Assembly: GCA_045537895.1 (NCBI GenBank)
Contig: JAZSQI010000036.1
Location: 5,157-69,156 of the forward strand
Source of the DNA: Clostridia bacterium
Lineage (GTDB): Bacteria > Bacillota > Clostridia > TANB77 > CAG-465
Reading direction: 5' to 3'
Length of the DNA stretch: 64,000 nucleotides
Both the position numbers and the translations under genes were made by a program. The notes beneath the pieces are model-generated. The model ran no database searches and was not told the DNA's origin. It worked only from the letters and a program-made list of their open reading frames with translations. Position 1 is the first letter of the stretch; each line of letters begins with the position of its first letter. Of this stretch, positions 1 through 12,363 are shown one piece after another.

Positions 1-336
1 TTAATATGATAAGATTTACCATGTAATTTACGAAGTATAGGCTCTAATTTGTTTTCAAATGTTGTATAACATTGGTCACATCCAAATAATCCAGTATTAG
101 CATAATCTGAAAATGTATAACCACATTTTGGGCATTGCTTTTCCTTTAATTTTTCATATTCTATATTAATTGGTTCATCAAAAAATGATAATAACATATT
201 GTCCATAAAACTTGTGTTAAATATACCTAGTTTTTGACTACATAAATTGCATAAATTAACTTTTTTCTTCTCTCCATTTATATTTTCTTCATATACGACT
301 GTTGCATGTCTTTTTTTACAATTATCACATAACATA
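1..336 (-). CDS. mcsA: McsA-like zinc-finger protein. The 3' end lies beyond the window edge, and the reading frame breaks after codon 12 (see findings).
   Basis: Lies immediately downstream of ctsR. An AAGGAG SD sits 8 nt before the ATG at 336. Four CxxC pairs (CDNC, CNLC, CPKC, CDQC) fit McsA, but the first pair is in a different frame from the other three. Confidence 0.6.
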
Positions 337-348
337 TATATCACTCCT

Positions 349-801
349 TTATATAACATTTAAAATAACATTTTTAAATATATTTGCTCTCGTAGTATCT
401 CTATCTTCATAATTTAAATTTGATAATGCTTTATCAGATGTTGCTACTTTTATTATTAAAGCAGTATTTTTATCAATAACATTGTAATCCAAAAGTGCTT
501 TCAAGTATACATCTACGACAGTCTGCGACATTTTACTACCAATCTTGTCAAATATATCAGCTACAATTTCATCTTCGTATGAAGCAACTTTTTTTATTCT
601 AATGTAACCTCCTCCACCTCTTCTAGTTTCTACATAGAATCCCATTTCTGGAGCAAATCTTGTTGATATAACATAATTAATCTGAGATGGTACACAAGAA
701 AATAGCTCTGCTAAATCGCTTCTTCTTACTTCTAAAACTGCATTATCACATTTTTCTACTTCCTCTTTTATATATCTTTCAATCATATCTACTAAATTCA
801 T
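349..801 (-). CDS. ctsR: CtsR, transcriptional repressor of class III heat-shock genes
   Basis: 150 aa. N-terminal MNLVDMIERYIKE..., the RRGGGGYIRI glycine-rich loop, and its own CtsR operator upstream. Confidence 0.93.
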   Translation of the reverse strand: MNLVDMIERYIKEEVEKCDNAVLEVRRSDLAELFSCVPSQINYVISTRFAPEMGFYVETRRGGGGYIRIKKVASYEDEIVADIFDKIGSKMSQTVVDVYLKALLDYNVIDKNTALIIKVATSDKALSNLNYEDRDTTRANIFKNVILNVI

Positions 802-810
802 TTTATCACC

Positions 811-846
811 TTTGTCCTTTTTTGACTTTTTGACCTTTTCTGACTA
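811..846 (-). promoter_or_regulatory. CtsR operator: canonical box AGTCAGAAAAGGTCAAA (829-845) plus extra GTCAAA and GGACAAA half-sites
   Basis: The minus strand reads AGTCAGAAAAGGTCAAAAAGTCAAAAAAGGACAAA. This matches the RGTCAAA-NAN-RGTCAAA consensus with one mismatch and starts just after the -10 box. Confidence 0.85.
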
Positions 847-848
847 TT

Positions 849-877
849 ATTTTATATCTATTTAGTTTAAATGTCAA
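849..877 (-). promoter_or_regulatory. sigma-A type promoter of ctsR (TTGACA-17 nt-TAAAAT)
   Basis: -35 TTGACA is the reverse complement of 872-877 and -10 TAAAAT is the reverse complement of 849-854, with an exact 17-nt spacer. Confidence 0.8.
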
Positions 878-905
878 TAATATATAATTAAATTTTATTC
901 ATCAT

Positions 906-934
906 TTTACTTTTATGTAAAGTTGTGGTATAAT
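906..934 (+). promoter_or_regulatory. Extended -10 promoter (TTTACT-17-TATAAT, with TGg upstream) for the lipoprotein gene
   Basis: TGGTATAAT at 926-934 and TTTACT at 906-911. Confidence 0.55.
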
Positions 935-988
935 AGTTACAGTAGTTTATATAAATACAAAAAATAATTTTTATGGAGGATTTTTATT

Positions 989-1633
989 ATGAGATTTAAA
1001 TCAATCGTTATTACTTCTGTAGCTTTAGCTGTTACTATTTGTTTAGCTGTTTTCTGCTTATCAGGATGTGAATGGCTAAACAGTGAGATGAATTCCCTAA
1101 AAGGAAGTCTTAAAGGTGTTACTTATAACATTGAGACATACGACAATTATGGCAGTCTCACTCAAACAACTTCTGGCGAAAACATAGATATTGAAGGTAA
1201 TAAAGTTGAAGAAATCGGTTTTGATTCTTCTGGAAGCACTATTACAAACTATACTCTTTCTTCTGTAATTACAATTACAATTGATGGACATGAAATGGAA
1301 AGTTGTGGAGATACTGTGATATTTGCAGAAAGTGGACTTAAAAAAGATGTGGATTTTACGCTTTCTGATATTGAAAGTAGTAACGAAAAGGGACTTGGTG
1401 GTTTTACGGCACCTGCAAAATTTGTCAATAAGTACAAAAACTATTTTGGTAAGTCTAGGGTTGTCGTTATAAAATCACAGATGGGTGTTCCAATTTGTGC
1501 ATATAGTGGTGAAAGTGTATATTGGGAAATTCCTGATGATTTACCTAAAACAACAAAACTTTCTATAGATGGCAAAGCTCTTTATATTCATAGAGCTAAC
1601 TTTACTATAATTGATACTGCACTTATTGACTAA
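989..1633 (+). CDS. Putative lipoprotein of unknown function
   Basis: Signal peptide with lipobox LSGC (Cys27). GGAGG SD before the ATG. One of only two convincing plus-strand genes in the window. Confidence 0.7.
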   Translation: MRFKSIVITSVALAVTICLAVFCLSGCEWLNSEMNSLKGSLKGVTYNIETYDNYGSLTQTTSGENIDIEGNKVEEIGFDSSGSTITNYTLSSVITITIDGHEMESCGDTVIFAESGLKKDVDFTLSDIESSNEKGLGGFTAPAKFVNKYKNYFGKSRVVVIKSQMGVPICAYSGESVYWEIPDDLPKTTKLSIDGKALYIHRANFTIIDTALID

Positions 1634-1637
1634 AGCT

Positions 1638-1670
1638 AAAAAGTGGAATGTTATTTCATTCCACTTTTTT
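1638..1670. terminator. Bidirectional intrinsic terminator between the convergent lipoprotein gene and folD
   Basis: AAAAA-GTGGAATG-loop-CATTCCAC-TTTTTT. Confidence 0.8.
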
Positions 1671-1681
1671 CATATACATTT

Positions 1682-2524
1682 TTATTTACTATTTTTTGCT
1701 AAATCTACAACGTTTTCCATAAGAGTATATACTGTTGTAAGTCCAACTCCACCAGGAACAGGAGTTATATACTTTGCTTTTTTTAATACATTTTCTGTAT
1801 CTACATCTCCTATTAATTTTCCATCTACTCTATTTATTCCAACATCTATAACAGTAGCTCCTTCTTTAACCATATCTTCCGTTATTAGATGAGGATGCCC
1901 AACTGCTACAACTAATATATCAGCATTTTTTGTATGCTCTTTAAGGTTTCTTGTCTTAGAATGACAAGTCGTTACAGTTGCTCCTTTGTTTAAAAGTAAC
2001 GCACCCATAGGTCTTCCAACTATTATACTTCTTCCCACAACAGTTACATTCTTTCCTTCAATATCTATACCCATCTCTTCAAGTATAGTCATTACTCCCT
2101 TTGGAGTGCATGGTGCTAATCCTCCAACCCCTTGCATGATTTTTCCAATGTTTATTGGATGAAATCCATCTACATCTTTATTAGGAGAAATAGCTTCTAG
2201 AATATTAGCTGTATCTAAATGTCTAAATATAGGGAGCTGAACTAATATTCCATGGACGCTTTCATCTAAGTTCAACTTCTTTATTAAATCCAATATTTCT
2301 TTCTCAGTTACATTTTCATCAAAATCATATTCTTCCTCAAGAATTCCTAGTTCCTCACACATCTTCCTTTTTTTAGATATATATACATTTGATGCTTCAT
2401 CTTGATTTGCGTGTATAACTACAAGTTTCGGATTTATTCCTTCCTTTTGTAAAGCGCATATCTTTTCTTTTAAATCTAACTTTCTTCTTTCAATTATATC
2501 TTTTACGTTTATTATTTCTCCCAT
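1682..2524 (-). CDS. folD: Bifunctional methylenetetrahydrofolate dehydrogenase/cyclohydrolase
   Basis: Typical FolD length and motifs (GILVQLP, VVGRS.IVGRP, PGGVG.T). I prefer the ATG at 2524 (AGGTGG SD 8 nt upstream) over the track's GTG at 2536. Confidence 0.92.
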   Translation of the reverse strand: MGEIINVKDIIERRKLDLKEKICALQKEGINPKLVVIHANQDEASNVYISKKRKMCEELGILEEEYDFDENVTEKEILDLIKKLNLDESVHGILVQLPIFRHLDTANILEAISPNKDVDGFHPINIGKIMQGVGGLAPCTPKGVMTILEEMGIDIEGKNVTVVGRSIIVGRPMGALLLNKGATVTTCHSKTRNLKEHTKNADILVVAVGHPHLITEDMVKEGATVIDVGINRVDGKLIGDVDTENVLKKAKYITPVPGGVGLTTVYTLMENVVDLAKNSK

Positions 2525-2545
2525 TAATCTATCCACCTACTTATT

Positions 2546-3370
2546 TTATCTTATCCATATTGTTATTAATATTATGGCTGCTAAAACTACTCTATATATA
2601 GCAAAAATTCCAAACCCTATTTTTTCTACAATTTTCATTAAAGCTTTAATTGAAATTAGTCCTACAATGAATGATACTACAACACCAACTACAAACTCTA
2701 TAGTTATCATATCTAGTGTTAAGTCCTTTAATGCAAGCAGTGCTGCACCAAACATTACAGGCGCTCCAAGTAAAAATGAAAATTTTGCTGCAGACTTTCT
2801 ATCTATTTTCATAGCTCTTGCTGCAGTCATTGTAGTCCCAGATCTTGAAAAACCTGGTATCATTGCCATCATTTGACCAATTCCTACTCCCATTGCTTGT
2901 TTTAATGTAAGTCCTTCCATATCTGTTTCTGATTTAGAAAATTTATCAGCTACATACATTATTATTCCCATAACTCCCATAGCAATAGCTACTACAAGTG
3001 GTGTTCTAATATATTTTTCTATAATATCATCAAATAATATTCCAACCACACCTGCAGGTATACATGCAGCTACAATATACCACATTATCTTACCTTCATG
3101 TTTTAAATTTTTAAAGCTGAATTTACCATCTTTTCCTTTAAATCTAAATCCTTCCGTTATCATTTTCCAAAAATCTTTAAAGAAGAATATAAATATGGCA
3201 AGGAAAGTACCAAAGTGTAATGCTATATCAAATATCATTTCTGCTTTCTCGCTATCAAGTCCGAAGTCAAATAAATATCTAATTGCAATTAGATGTCCTG
3301 AACTAGATATTGGAAAAAATTCCGTTATTCCTTGCACGATTCCTAAAATTATTGATTGTAAAAGTGTCAT
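2546..3370 (-). CDS. uppP: Undecaprenyl-diphosphate phosphatase (BacA/UppP)
   Basis: 274 aa polytopic protein with EFFPISSSGH and PGFSRSG motifs. Confidence 0.92.
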   Translation of the reverse strand: MTLLQSIILGIVQGITEFFPISSSGHLIAIRYLFDFGLDSEKAEMIFDIALHFGTFLAIFIFFFKDFWKMITEGFRFKGKDGKFSFKNLKHEGKIMWYIVAACIPAGVVGILFDDIIEKYIRTPLVVAIAMGVMGIIMYVADKFSKSETDMEGLTLKQAMGVGIGQMMAMIPGFSRSGTTMTAARAMKIDRKSAAKFSFLLGAPVMFGAALLALKDLTLDMITIEFVVGVVVSFIVGLISIKALMKIVEKIGFGIFAIYRVVLAAIILITIWIR

Positions 3371-3388
3371 ATGTTTTCCTCCTATTAA

Positions 3389-4171
3389 TTATATTTCTTG
3401 AACTATCTTATCAATTATCTGTTTAAAATAAATTGCGGATGATTTTGGCGCAATTTTAGCTGGCAAAGCAAGCTCCAATGAAGCATTAATATTAATTTCC
3501 TTAGCATATTCAAAATCAACCCCTCCTGGTTTAGAAGCTAAATCTATTATACAAACATCTTTTTTTACTAAATCCAATCTACATTTATCTAATATCATAT
3601 ATGGTATTGTATTAAATATATAGTCAAATTTAGAAAGATAATTATCAAGATCTTTTAAATCTACATCATTATACCCCATTGACTTAATTTGCGCAAGGTC
3701 TTTTGACTTTCTTGCTTCGCAATATACCTTTGCACCTATACCTAAAAGCATTTTTGAAAGCACTTTTCCTATTCTTCCAAACCCTAAAACAAGTACATTT
3801 GCACCACATAAAGTTATGTCTGTCTTTTCCATAGCTATTTTTATAGCTCCTTCGGCTGTAGGAATAGCATTTAATATAGCCAGTTCATCATATTCCATTA
3901 AATCATAATATTTAATTTTTTCTTTTTCTAGCTGCTGCCTAACTGCTTTTGGTATTGCTCCTGAGAATAATACTTTATCTTTGCACCACATTACACCTTC
4001 TTCACATTTAATATTAGTTCCTGTAATATTTACTCCATCTTTACTAAATGGAGTTGGTGCAATTATATATTTTGCATCTAAAGAGCTTTCTACTATCTTA
4101 CCTTCATTTTTATACATCTCTTTAATATTAATTATTCTCTTATCTGCTCCTATAATATAAAACAAGCTCAT
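3389..4171 (-). CDS. dpaA: Dipicolinate synthase subunit A (SpoVFA/DpaA)-like
   Basis: N-terminal IIGADKR resembles the DpaA GGDxR motif. Central Rossmann motif VLVLGFGRIGK. C-terminal DLASKPGG.DF matches the B. subtilis SpoVFA pattern. Confidence 0.7.
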   Translation of the reverse strand: MSLFYIIGADKRIINIKEMYKNEGKIVESSLDAKYIIAPTPFSKDGVNITGTNIKCEEGVMWCKDKVLFSGAIPKAVRQQLEKEKIKYYDLMEYDELAILNAIPTAEGAIKIAMEKTDITLCGANVLVLGFGRIGKVLSKMLLGIGAKVYCEARKSKDLAQIKSMGYNDVDLKDLDNYLSKFDYIFNTIPYMILDKCRLDLVKKDVCIIDLASKPGGVDFEYAKEININASLELALPAKIAPKSSAIYFKQIIDKIVQEI

Positions 4172-4222
4172 AAAATCACCTCTTAAAATTATATGATTTA
4201 TATAAGCTCTTTTATTCTTTTA

Positions 4223-5014
4223 CTATTTAACTATTTTTCTTGCAACAACAGCAAATCTTCCATCTTTTTGAGAATACTCACATGTAGATAATGTCATAAG
4301 CTGATCACCATATTTTGCAGTAGCTTCAATACTATATAAACTAGCTTTTTTAGCACTAGATACATAATTATTAAATTCTGCTTCATTATTTGCATGAATG
4401 AAATAATAATACCTAAATACATTTTGTTCATGTTGATAATATACTCTAGATTTAAATACTGCTATTATTTCATACTCAGCTTCTTCAGAAAGTGTAGTAA
4501 ATTTTATTGTTTTATGTGCTTTATAAAAATCTTCATTTTTATACTTTAATAGTTCTACAAACATCTCACTGCTACCAACATTATTATGACCATATATTAA
4601 AAGATTTGTACTTGGTACATTCCAATTATATGCTTTATCTAAAAAAAGCGAGCCATCTTTAGAATATTCTTTTTTATAATTATGAGTCATATAATAGTCA
4701 TTGTTTGTTGTTTGCATAACAGGATAATTTATATTAGTTCCATCTATTTCTATCAAAGCAACTATATCAGGATTGATTTGTTTAAGTTCGTTAAGCTTTT
4801 CTATTCTAGTCTTTTCTTTTGGTTTTTCCTCATTACCATTATCTTCATATATATTATTTAATTCATCTCTTATATCACTATTTGTTTTGTTATCTCTAAA
4901 ATGAATAAATAAATAGAAAACGACTATTGATATACTTACTAAAAAGATTGATAGAAGAATTATAAATCTTCTTTTTGTAATACGAATATTTTGTTTTTTT
5001 ATTGCTGCGCGCAT
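4223..5014 (-). CDS. srtB: Class B sortase
   Basis: N-terminal membrane anchor, IYGHN, and the catalytic LSTCEY and GRFAVVARK motifs. The ATG at 5014 has a GGAGG SD; the track's start at 5050 lies inside an intergenic hairpin. Confidence 0.85.
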   Translation of the reverse strand: MRAAIKKQNIRITKRRFIILLSIFLVSISIVVFYLFIHFRDNKTNSDIRDELNNIYEDNGNEEKPKEKTRIEKLNELKQINPDIVALIEIDGTNINYPVMQTTNNDYYMTHNYKKEYSKDGSLFLDKAYNWNVPSTNLLIYGHNNVGSSEMFVELLKYKNEDFYKAHKTIKFTTLSEEAEYEIIAVFKSRVYYQHEQNVFRYYYFIHANNEAEFNNYVSSAKKASLYSIEATAKYGDQLMTLSTCEYSQKDGRFAVVARKIVK

Positions 5015-5036
5015 AATTATTCCTCCATAATATTTT

Positions 5037-5061
5037 AGAGCAGAATACACAACTCTGCTCT
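5037..5061 (-). other. Intercistronic stem-loop between the surface-protein gene and srtB
   Basis: AGAGCAG-11 nt-CTGCTCT with no U-tract on the minus strand. Possibly a transcript-processing or stability element. Confidence 0.4.
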
Positions 5062-5089
5062 AATAATATATTTAATTTATATATTTAAA

Positions 5090-6772
5090 TTAATTGTTTT
5101 TAGCATATTTTTTAGATACTAATACACCAAATGTAGCTACAGCTAAAACTGCACTAACAAGCATTACAACGTTCATAGAACCAGTTGCTGGTGTACCATC
5201 TTTTTTCATTTCTTTAAATGTAACTTCTACTGTTACATCTAAATCAGGCATTATAAATGCATTATCTTTAACAACTATTTCATTTCCGTCTAAATCTGTA
5301 ACTTTTATGCTAGCTACTTCATAGTTTTTATTTGGAGTTACTGTTACTTTAACAGGTTGTCCTTCAACTGCCTTTTCAGGAGCTGTTGCTTTTCCATTTA
5401 ATCCAGCTTTTACTGTAATTTCTCCTTCAACACCTACATAGTTTACTCCATTAACTTCCTTACTAGCTACACCTGACTCAAGATATGCAGAAACATCATC
5501 TGTAAATGCTCCACCTTGAACGATAGCAGTTCCATGGTCATCAGAAACTTTTATTTCACCATCAACTAATCCACCTGTAATTCCAAGTACACCAGCCTTA
5601 GTGTTTCCTCCTGCTTGACTTACTAATATAGCATCTCCTATACCACTTGTAGAAGTATTATCTTTAATTTCTCCACCTTCGATTAACATATTTCCACGAG
5701 CTACATATACACCAGCACCACCACCATCTTTAAGTGTAGTTGCATTTGGTATTCCTTTTGCAGTATTTCCAGTAATTAGTCCACCCATCATTGTTATGTG
5801 ACCAGTCACAGCATTTGTTTTTGGTCCATTTACGTAAACGCCTCCACCAGCTCCAGCAGCCACGTTATTTTTAATAACTGCTGTATCTTCAATTATAATA
5901 TGTTTAGTATCATCAGATAAAAATGTATATAAACCACCACCATTATCAGTAGTAGCTTCATTTCCTTCTATAGTTCCGGCTATTGTAGCATTTGAATCTC
6001 CAATATGTATTCCTGCGCCCTCTTTTGCTTTATTATCTTTAACAACAGAGTCTTTATCAAAAGTAAATGTTTCAACTTTTTGAATACTTACTGTACCATT
6101 GTTATCTCCAGTATTACCAGAAATTATTGTTTTTTCAATTAAAACATCCTCAGCTCCTTCAATTCCCATCGCTGAACCTGAGTTTTTTGCATAGTTATCT
6201 TTTATTGTAGAATTAGTAAAAGTAACACTTTTTGCACCTGTTGCTTTAAGTGCACCACCATACATTCCACTAACATTATTTTGTAATGTAGAATCCTTTA
6301 CCGTCAAACTTGCTCCAGCTTTAACATAAACTCCAGCCGTTGCATAATCATAAGACCCTTGTGCTCCAACTTCTACGTTTTTACCATCAACAATAACCCC
6401 ATTTAATGTTAATTCAGCATTAACACCATCTACAATCACTAATGAGCCTCTTATAACTGAAGCATCTCTAGCTATTGTTCCATTTTTTATTTCTAATTTA
6501 GAATTTACTATTATTGGGTTTGATCTACCATAATCAAAAACACCTTTTATTGTAAGTGTTTTTCCACCCAAATCAACAACTTCAACATCGGATGGTACAA
6601 CTAAATTGTCAGTTAAAGTAACATCATCTGCTAAAGTAATAGTTTTATTGCTATCTACAGTTGCTAAAAGTTCTGCTGCAGTCATGTTTGCTGCATAAAC
6701 ACTACTGCAAGCAAATACAGCTATTAGCATAAAACTTGCTAAAAATAATATTTTCTTCATATTCATTTTCAT
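5090..6772 (-). CDS. Sortase-anchored surface protein with parallel beta-helix (Pmp-like GGA/GGG) repeats and a C-terminal Ig-like domain
   Basis: Signal peptide. Many GGAL/GGGLY/GGGVYV repeats. C-terminal TPATG motif followed by a hydrophobic helix and a KKYAKNN tail. Confidence 0.8.
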   Translation of the reverse strand: MKMNMKKILFLASFMLIAVFACSSVYAANMTAAELLATVDSNKTITLADDVTLTDNLVVPSDVEVVDLGGKTLTIKGVFDYGRSNPIIVNSKLEIKNGTIARDASVIRGSLVIVDGVNAELTLNGVIVDGKNVEVGAQGSYDYATAGVYVKAGASLTVKDSTLQNNVSGMYGGALKATGAKSVTFTNSTIKDNYAKNSGSAMGIEGAEDVLIEKTIISGNTGDNNGTVSIQKVETFTFDKDSVVKDNKAKEGAGIHIGDSNATIAGTIEGNEATTDNGGGLYTFLSDDTKHIIIEDTAVIKNNVAAGAGGGVYVNGPKTNAVTGHITMMGGLITGNTAKGIPNATTLKDGGGAGVYVARGNMLIEGGEIKDNTSTSGIGDAILVSQAGGNTKAGVLGITGGLVDGEIKVSDDHGTAIVQGGAFTDDVSAYLESGVASKEVNGVNYVGVEGEITVKAGLNGKATAPEKAVEGQPVKVTVTPNKNYEVASIKVTDLDGNEIVVKDNAFIMPDLDVTVEVTFKEMKKDGTPATGSMNVVMLVSAVLAVATFGVLVSKKYAKNN

Positions 6773-6822
6773 CCTTTGAATATTATATAAATTATATATA
6801 TCACATATTTTTTACTTTGTAA

Positions 6823-6860
6823 AGATATATTACAATTTTTACAAAAATTGTAATATATCT
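6823..6860. terminator. Perfect 18-bp inverted repeat after tgt, just upstream of the surface-protein promoter
   Basis: AGATATATTACAATTTTT-AC-AAAAATTGTAATATATCT. Confidence 0.6.
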
Positions 6861-6863
6861 ACA

Positions 6864-9559
<2,696 letters not shown>

Positions 9560-9587
9560 AAGTACCTCCTTAAAATTTTATTTTACT

Positions 9588-10646
9588 TTATGTAATATAT
9601 TTTCCTACTATAGGTATTTTAGATAAAATGTATGTTAATGCCATACTACAAACATAAACTATAACAACTGTTAAAGGAACTGCAACAAGTACATTCCATT
9701 TTAACATGTTTATATTTAACTTTTCCATAAAAATAATAAACATAGGATGTGCTAAATAAACACCTAATGATAATTTAACTATCTTTTTAATAATAGCTCT
9801 TATTTTTTCTTTAAATTTTAGTTTACCACATAATTCTCTAACAATCAAATATATGGCTATAGCTGTAATGCATACCGGCAATGTTAAATAATCATAGAAA
9901 AATTGTTCTGCAAATCTAGTATTTTCTCTTATTTTTATAATGCTTGTCCCTACTACTATACAAATTACAGATAAAACTGCTAATGCGTATATAATTATTC
10001 TTGTTTTCTTACTATATCGTTTTTTACTTAAATAATATCCTAAAATATAGTAACCTACATAGCCCATTATTAATGACATATTAAAATTAGGTATTGTCAT
10101 ATTTACCCTATTACCATATATAATTGTATTTATCATTGGAACCAATAGTTGAAATACGCCCCACAATATCAAAAAATATTCAATAATCTTATCATTATTT
10201 TTATCAATAATACTTTTTATTATTGGTGTAATTAAATACAAACCTATAAGCATATATAAATACCATAAATGGTAATGACTTGCAAAATATTTATTAACAA
10301 TCATCCCAATAGAAACTTTAAACTCAGAATTAATAAATGGAACTAATGCATACACAATTTGCCAAAAAACTAATAAGATTACTATCTTTTTTATATATTT
10401 AATAAAAACATTTTTTAAAGTGATATCCTTTTCCGGATTAAGTAATAATATACCAGAAGCCATAACAAATATAGGTACAGCCCATCTACAAAACGAATCA
10501 GCTATATTTAAAGCCTGCCATCGCAAACTCGTTGGATTTATAGTATACCACTCAATTGCAACAACATGGATTATCACAACAGCAATACTAGCTATTATTT
10601 TTAATATATCAACATATATAATATTTTTGTTTTCCATAATATTCAC
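9588..10646 (-). CDS. Membrane O-acyltransferase (acyltransferase family 3)
   Basis: About 10 TM helices. The N-terminal pattern IYVDILKIIASIAVVIIH is typical of the acyl_transf_3 family. Confidence 0.7.
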   Translation of the reverse strand: MNIMENKNIIYVDILKIIASIAVVIIHVVAIEWYTINPTSLRWQALNIADSFCRWAVPIFVMASGILLLNPEKDITLKNVFIKYIKKIVILLVFWQIVYALVPFINSEFKVSIGMIVNKYFASHYHLWYLYMLIGLYLITPIIKSIIDKNNDKIIEYFLILWGVFQLLVPMINTIIYGNRVNMTIPNFNMSLIMGYVGYYILGYYLSKKRYSKKTRIIIYALAVLSVICIVVGTSIIKIRENTRFAEQFFYDYLTLPVCITAIAIYLIVRELCGKLKFKEKIRAIIKKIVKLSLGVYLAHPMFIIFMEKLNINMLKWNVLVAVPLTVVIVYVCSMALTYILSKIPIVGKYIT

Positions 10647-10656
10647 TCACGCTTTA

Positions 10657-11349
10657 TCATCTTATTTTTACCAAATTAAAATCAGTATAATCACCTGCTA
10701 CCATTATATATTTAATGCCATCTATATTTCCTTGCCTAACCATATAATGCCCATCCCCATGCAGATGTCCATATATACAAATATTTGCACCTATTTCATT
10801 TAGTACTTCCCTAAACTCATGATAAAAAGGTGGAAAATGAGTGATTACAATTTTCTCTTTCCTCTTATCTTCTTCATTTAAAGAATTATATGATAATCTT
10901 AATCTAATACATTCTCTCTTGATTATTTTATTATTATCAACTTTTTCTTCTGCTTCTACAACATTGCCCCAACCTCTTGTGCCACATATAACAGTATCTT
11001 CTACTACATATGAGTTATTATATAGTATATGTATTGTATTAAAATTATTAACTTTTAAAAACTCATTAACTTTTTTCGTTGTAGAAAAATAATAGTCATG
11101 ATTTCCTTTTATAATTATTTTCTGGCCAGGAAGACTATCTATAAAAGCAAAGTCTTCTTTTGCATTTTCTAGATTATTTGCCCAAGAAATATCTCCAGCA
11201 ATAAGTACTGTATCTTCTTCCTTTACAGTATTTTTCCAATTGATATCTATTTTTTTTACATAATCTTTCCAATCGGGTCCAAAAAATTCCATTGATTTAC
11301 TATCATCACTAAAGGACAAGTGTAAATCTGATATTGCGTATATAGACAC
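10657..11349 (-). CDS. Metallophosphoesterase
   Basis: Motifs SDLH, GDISW, GNHDYY and GHLHG. Confidence 0.8.
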   Translation of the reverse strand: MSIYAISDLHLSFSDDSKSMEFFGPDWKDYVKKIDINWKNTVKEEDTVLIAGDISWANNLENAKEDFAFIDSLPGQKIIIKGNHDYYFSTTKKVNEFLKVNNFNTIHILYNNSYVVEDTVICGTRGWGNVVEAEEKVDNNKIIKRECIRLRLSYNSLNEEDKRKEKIVITHFPPFYHEFREVLNEIGANICIYGHLHGDGHYMVRQGNIDGIKYIMVAGDYTDFNLVKIR

Positions 11350-11350
11350 T

Positions 11351-12346
11351 TTATTCCTCCTCTATATTAATACAAGCTTTAGCATTTAATGCTAAATTAT
11401 TTGTATATTTACCTGCTAAATAATTATAATAACCTGCCATAGCTATCATTGCAGCATTATCTGTACAATACTCTAAATTTGGTATATATGAATTAAAATT
11501 ATTTTCTTTTGCTTTTTCTTCTAATGTTTTTCTAAGAACATCATTTGCAGCAACACCACCTGCTAAGGCAACATTTTTAATGTTATTTTCTTTCATTACT
11601 TTGATAGTATTTTCTACTAATACATTACATACATTATCTTCAAAGCTTTTTGCTAAATCTTCTTTTCTTAATTTATCTTTTTCTTTATTTGCCAAATTAA
11701 GTACTGCTGTCTTTATCCCACTAAAACTAAAATCCAAATTATCAAATTTAGTTGTAGGAAGCTTGTATGTAGCTTGTCCAATTTTTGCTAGCTTACTTAC
11801 CTTTGGGCCTCCTGGATAACCAAGACCCAAAACTCTAGCTACCTTATCAAAAGCTTCTCCTACTGCATCATCTCTAGTTTTAGCTAATATTTTAAACTTT
11901 GTGTAATCTTTAACTTCTATTATATGAGAATGTCCACCTGATACAACTAGTGATATAAAGGGTGGTTTTAAATCAGGATGTGTTAAATAATTAGCAGCAA
12001 TGTGTCCTTGAATATGATGTACAGGTATTAATGGTATATTTAAAGCATAGGATAAACTCTTTGCAAAAGATACTCCTACAAGCAGTGCTCCTACAAGTCC
12101 TGGTCCATATGTCACAGCTATTGCTGTAATATCTTCTAACTTTATATTTGCTTTTTCTAGTGCCTCTTCTAAAACATATGATATATTTTTTATGTGGTGT
12201 CTTGAAGCTATTTCAGGAACAACGCCTCCAAATTCTTTATGTATATTTATTTGTGATGATACAATATTAGATAGAACTTCTTTTCCATCTTTTAATATGC
12301 ATATAGAAGTCTCATCACAACTTGTTTCAATTCCTAATATTATCAT
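11351..12346 (-). CDS. tsaD: tRNA N6-adenosine threonylcarbamoyltransferase
   Basis: ILGIETSCDET, VHHIQGH and GGVAAN motifs. 331 aa. Confidence 0.95.
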   Translation of the reverse strand: MIILGIETSCDETSICILKDGKEVLSNIVSSQINIHKEFGGVVPEIASRHHIKNISYVLEEALEKANIKLEDITAIAVTYGPGLVGALLVGVSFAKSLSYALNIPLIPVHHIQGHIAANYLTHPDLKPPFISLVVSGGHSHIIEVKDYTKFKILAKTRDDAVGEAFDKVARVLGLGYPGGPKVSKLAKIGQATYKLPTTKFDNLDFSFSGIKTAVLNLANKEKDKLRKEDLAKSFEDNVCNVLVENTIKVMKENNIKNVALAGGVAANDVLRKTLEEKAKENNFNSYIPNLEYCTDNAAMIAMAGYYNYLAGKYTNNLALNAKACINIEEE

Positions 12347-12363
12347 TCTTTTACCTTCTTTTT

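Noticed and set aside
1611-1892. The plus-strand 93-aa ORF overlapping the 3' end of folD and the terminator.
   Set aside because: It starts inside the lipoprotein gene's last codons, runs through a bidirectional terminator and lies antisense to folD. There is no SD, so it is spurious.
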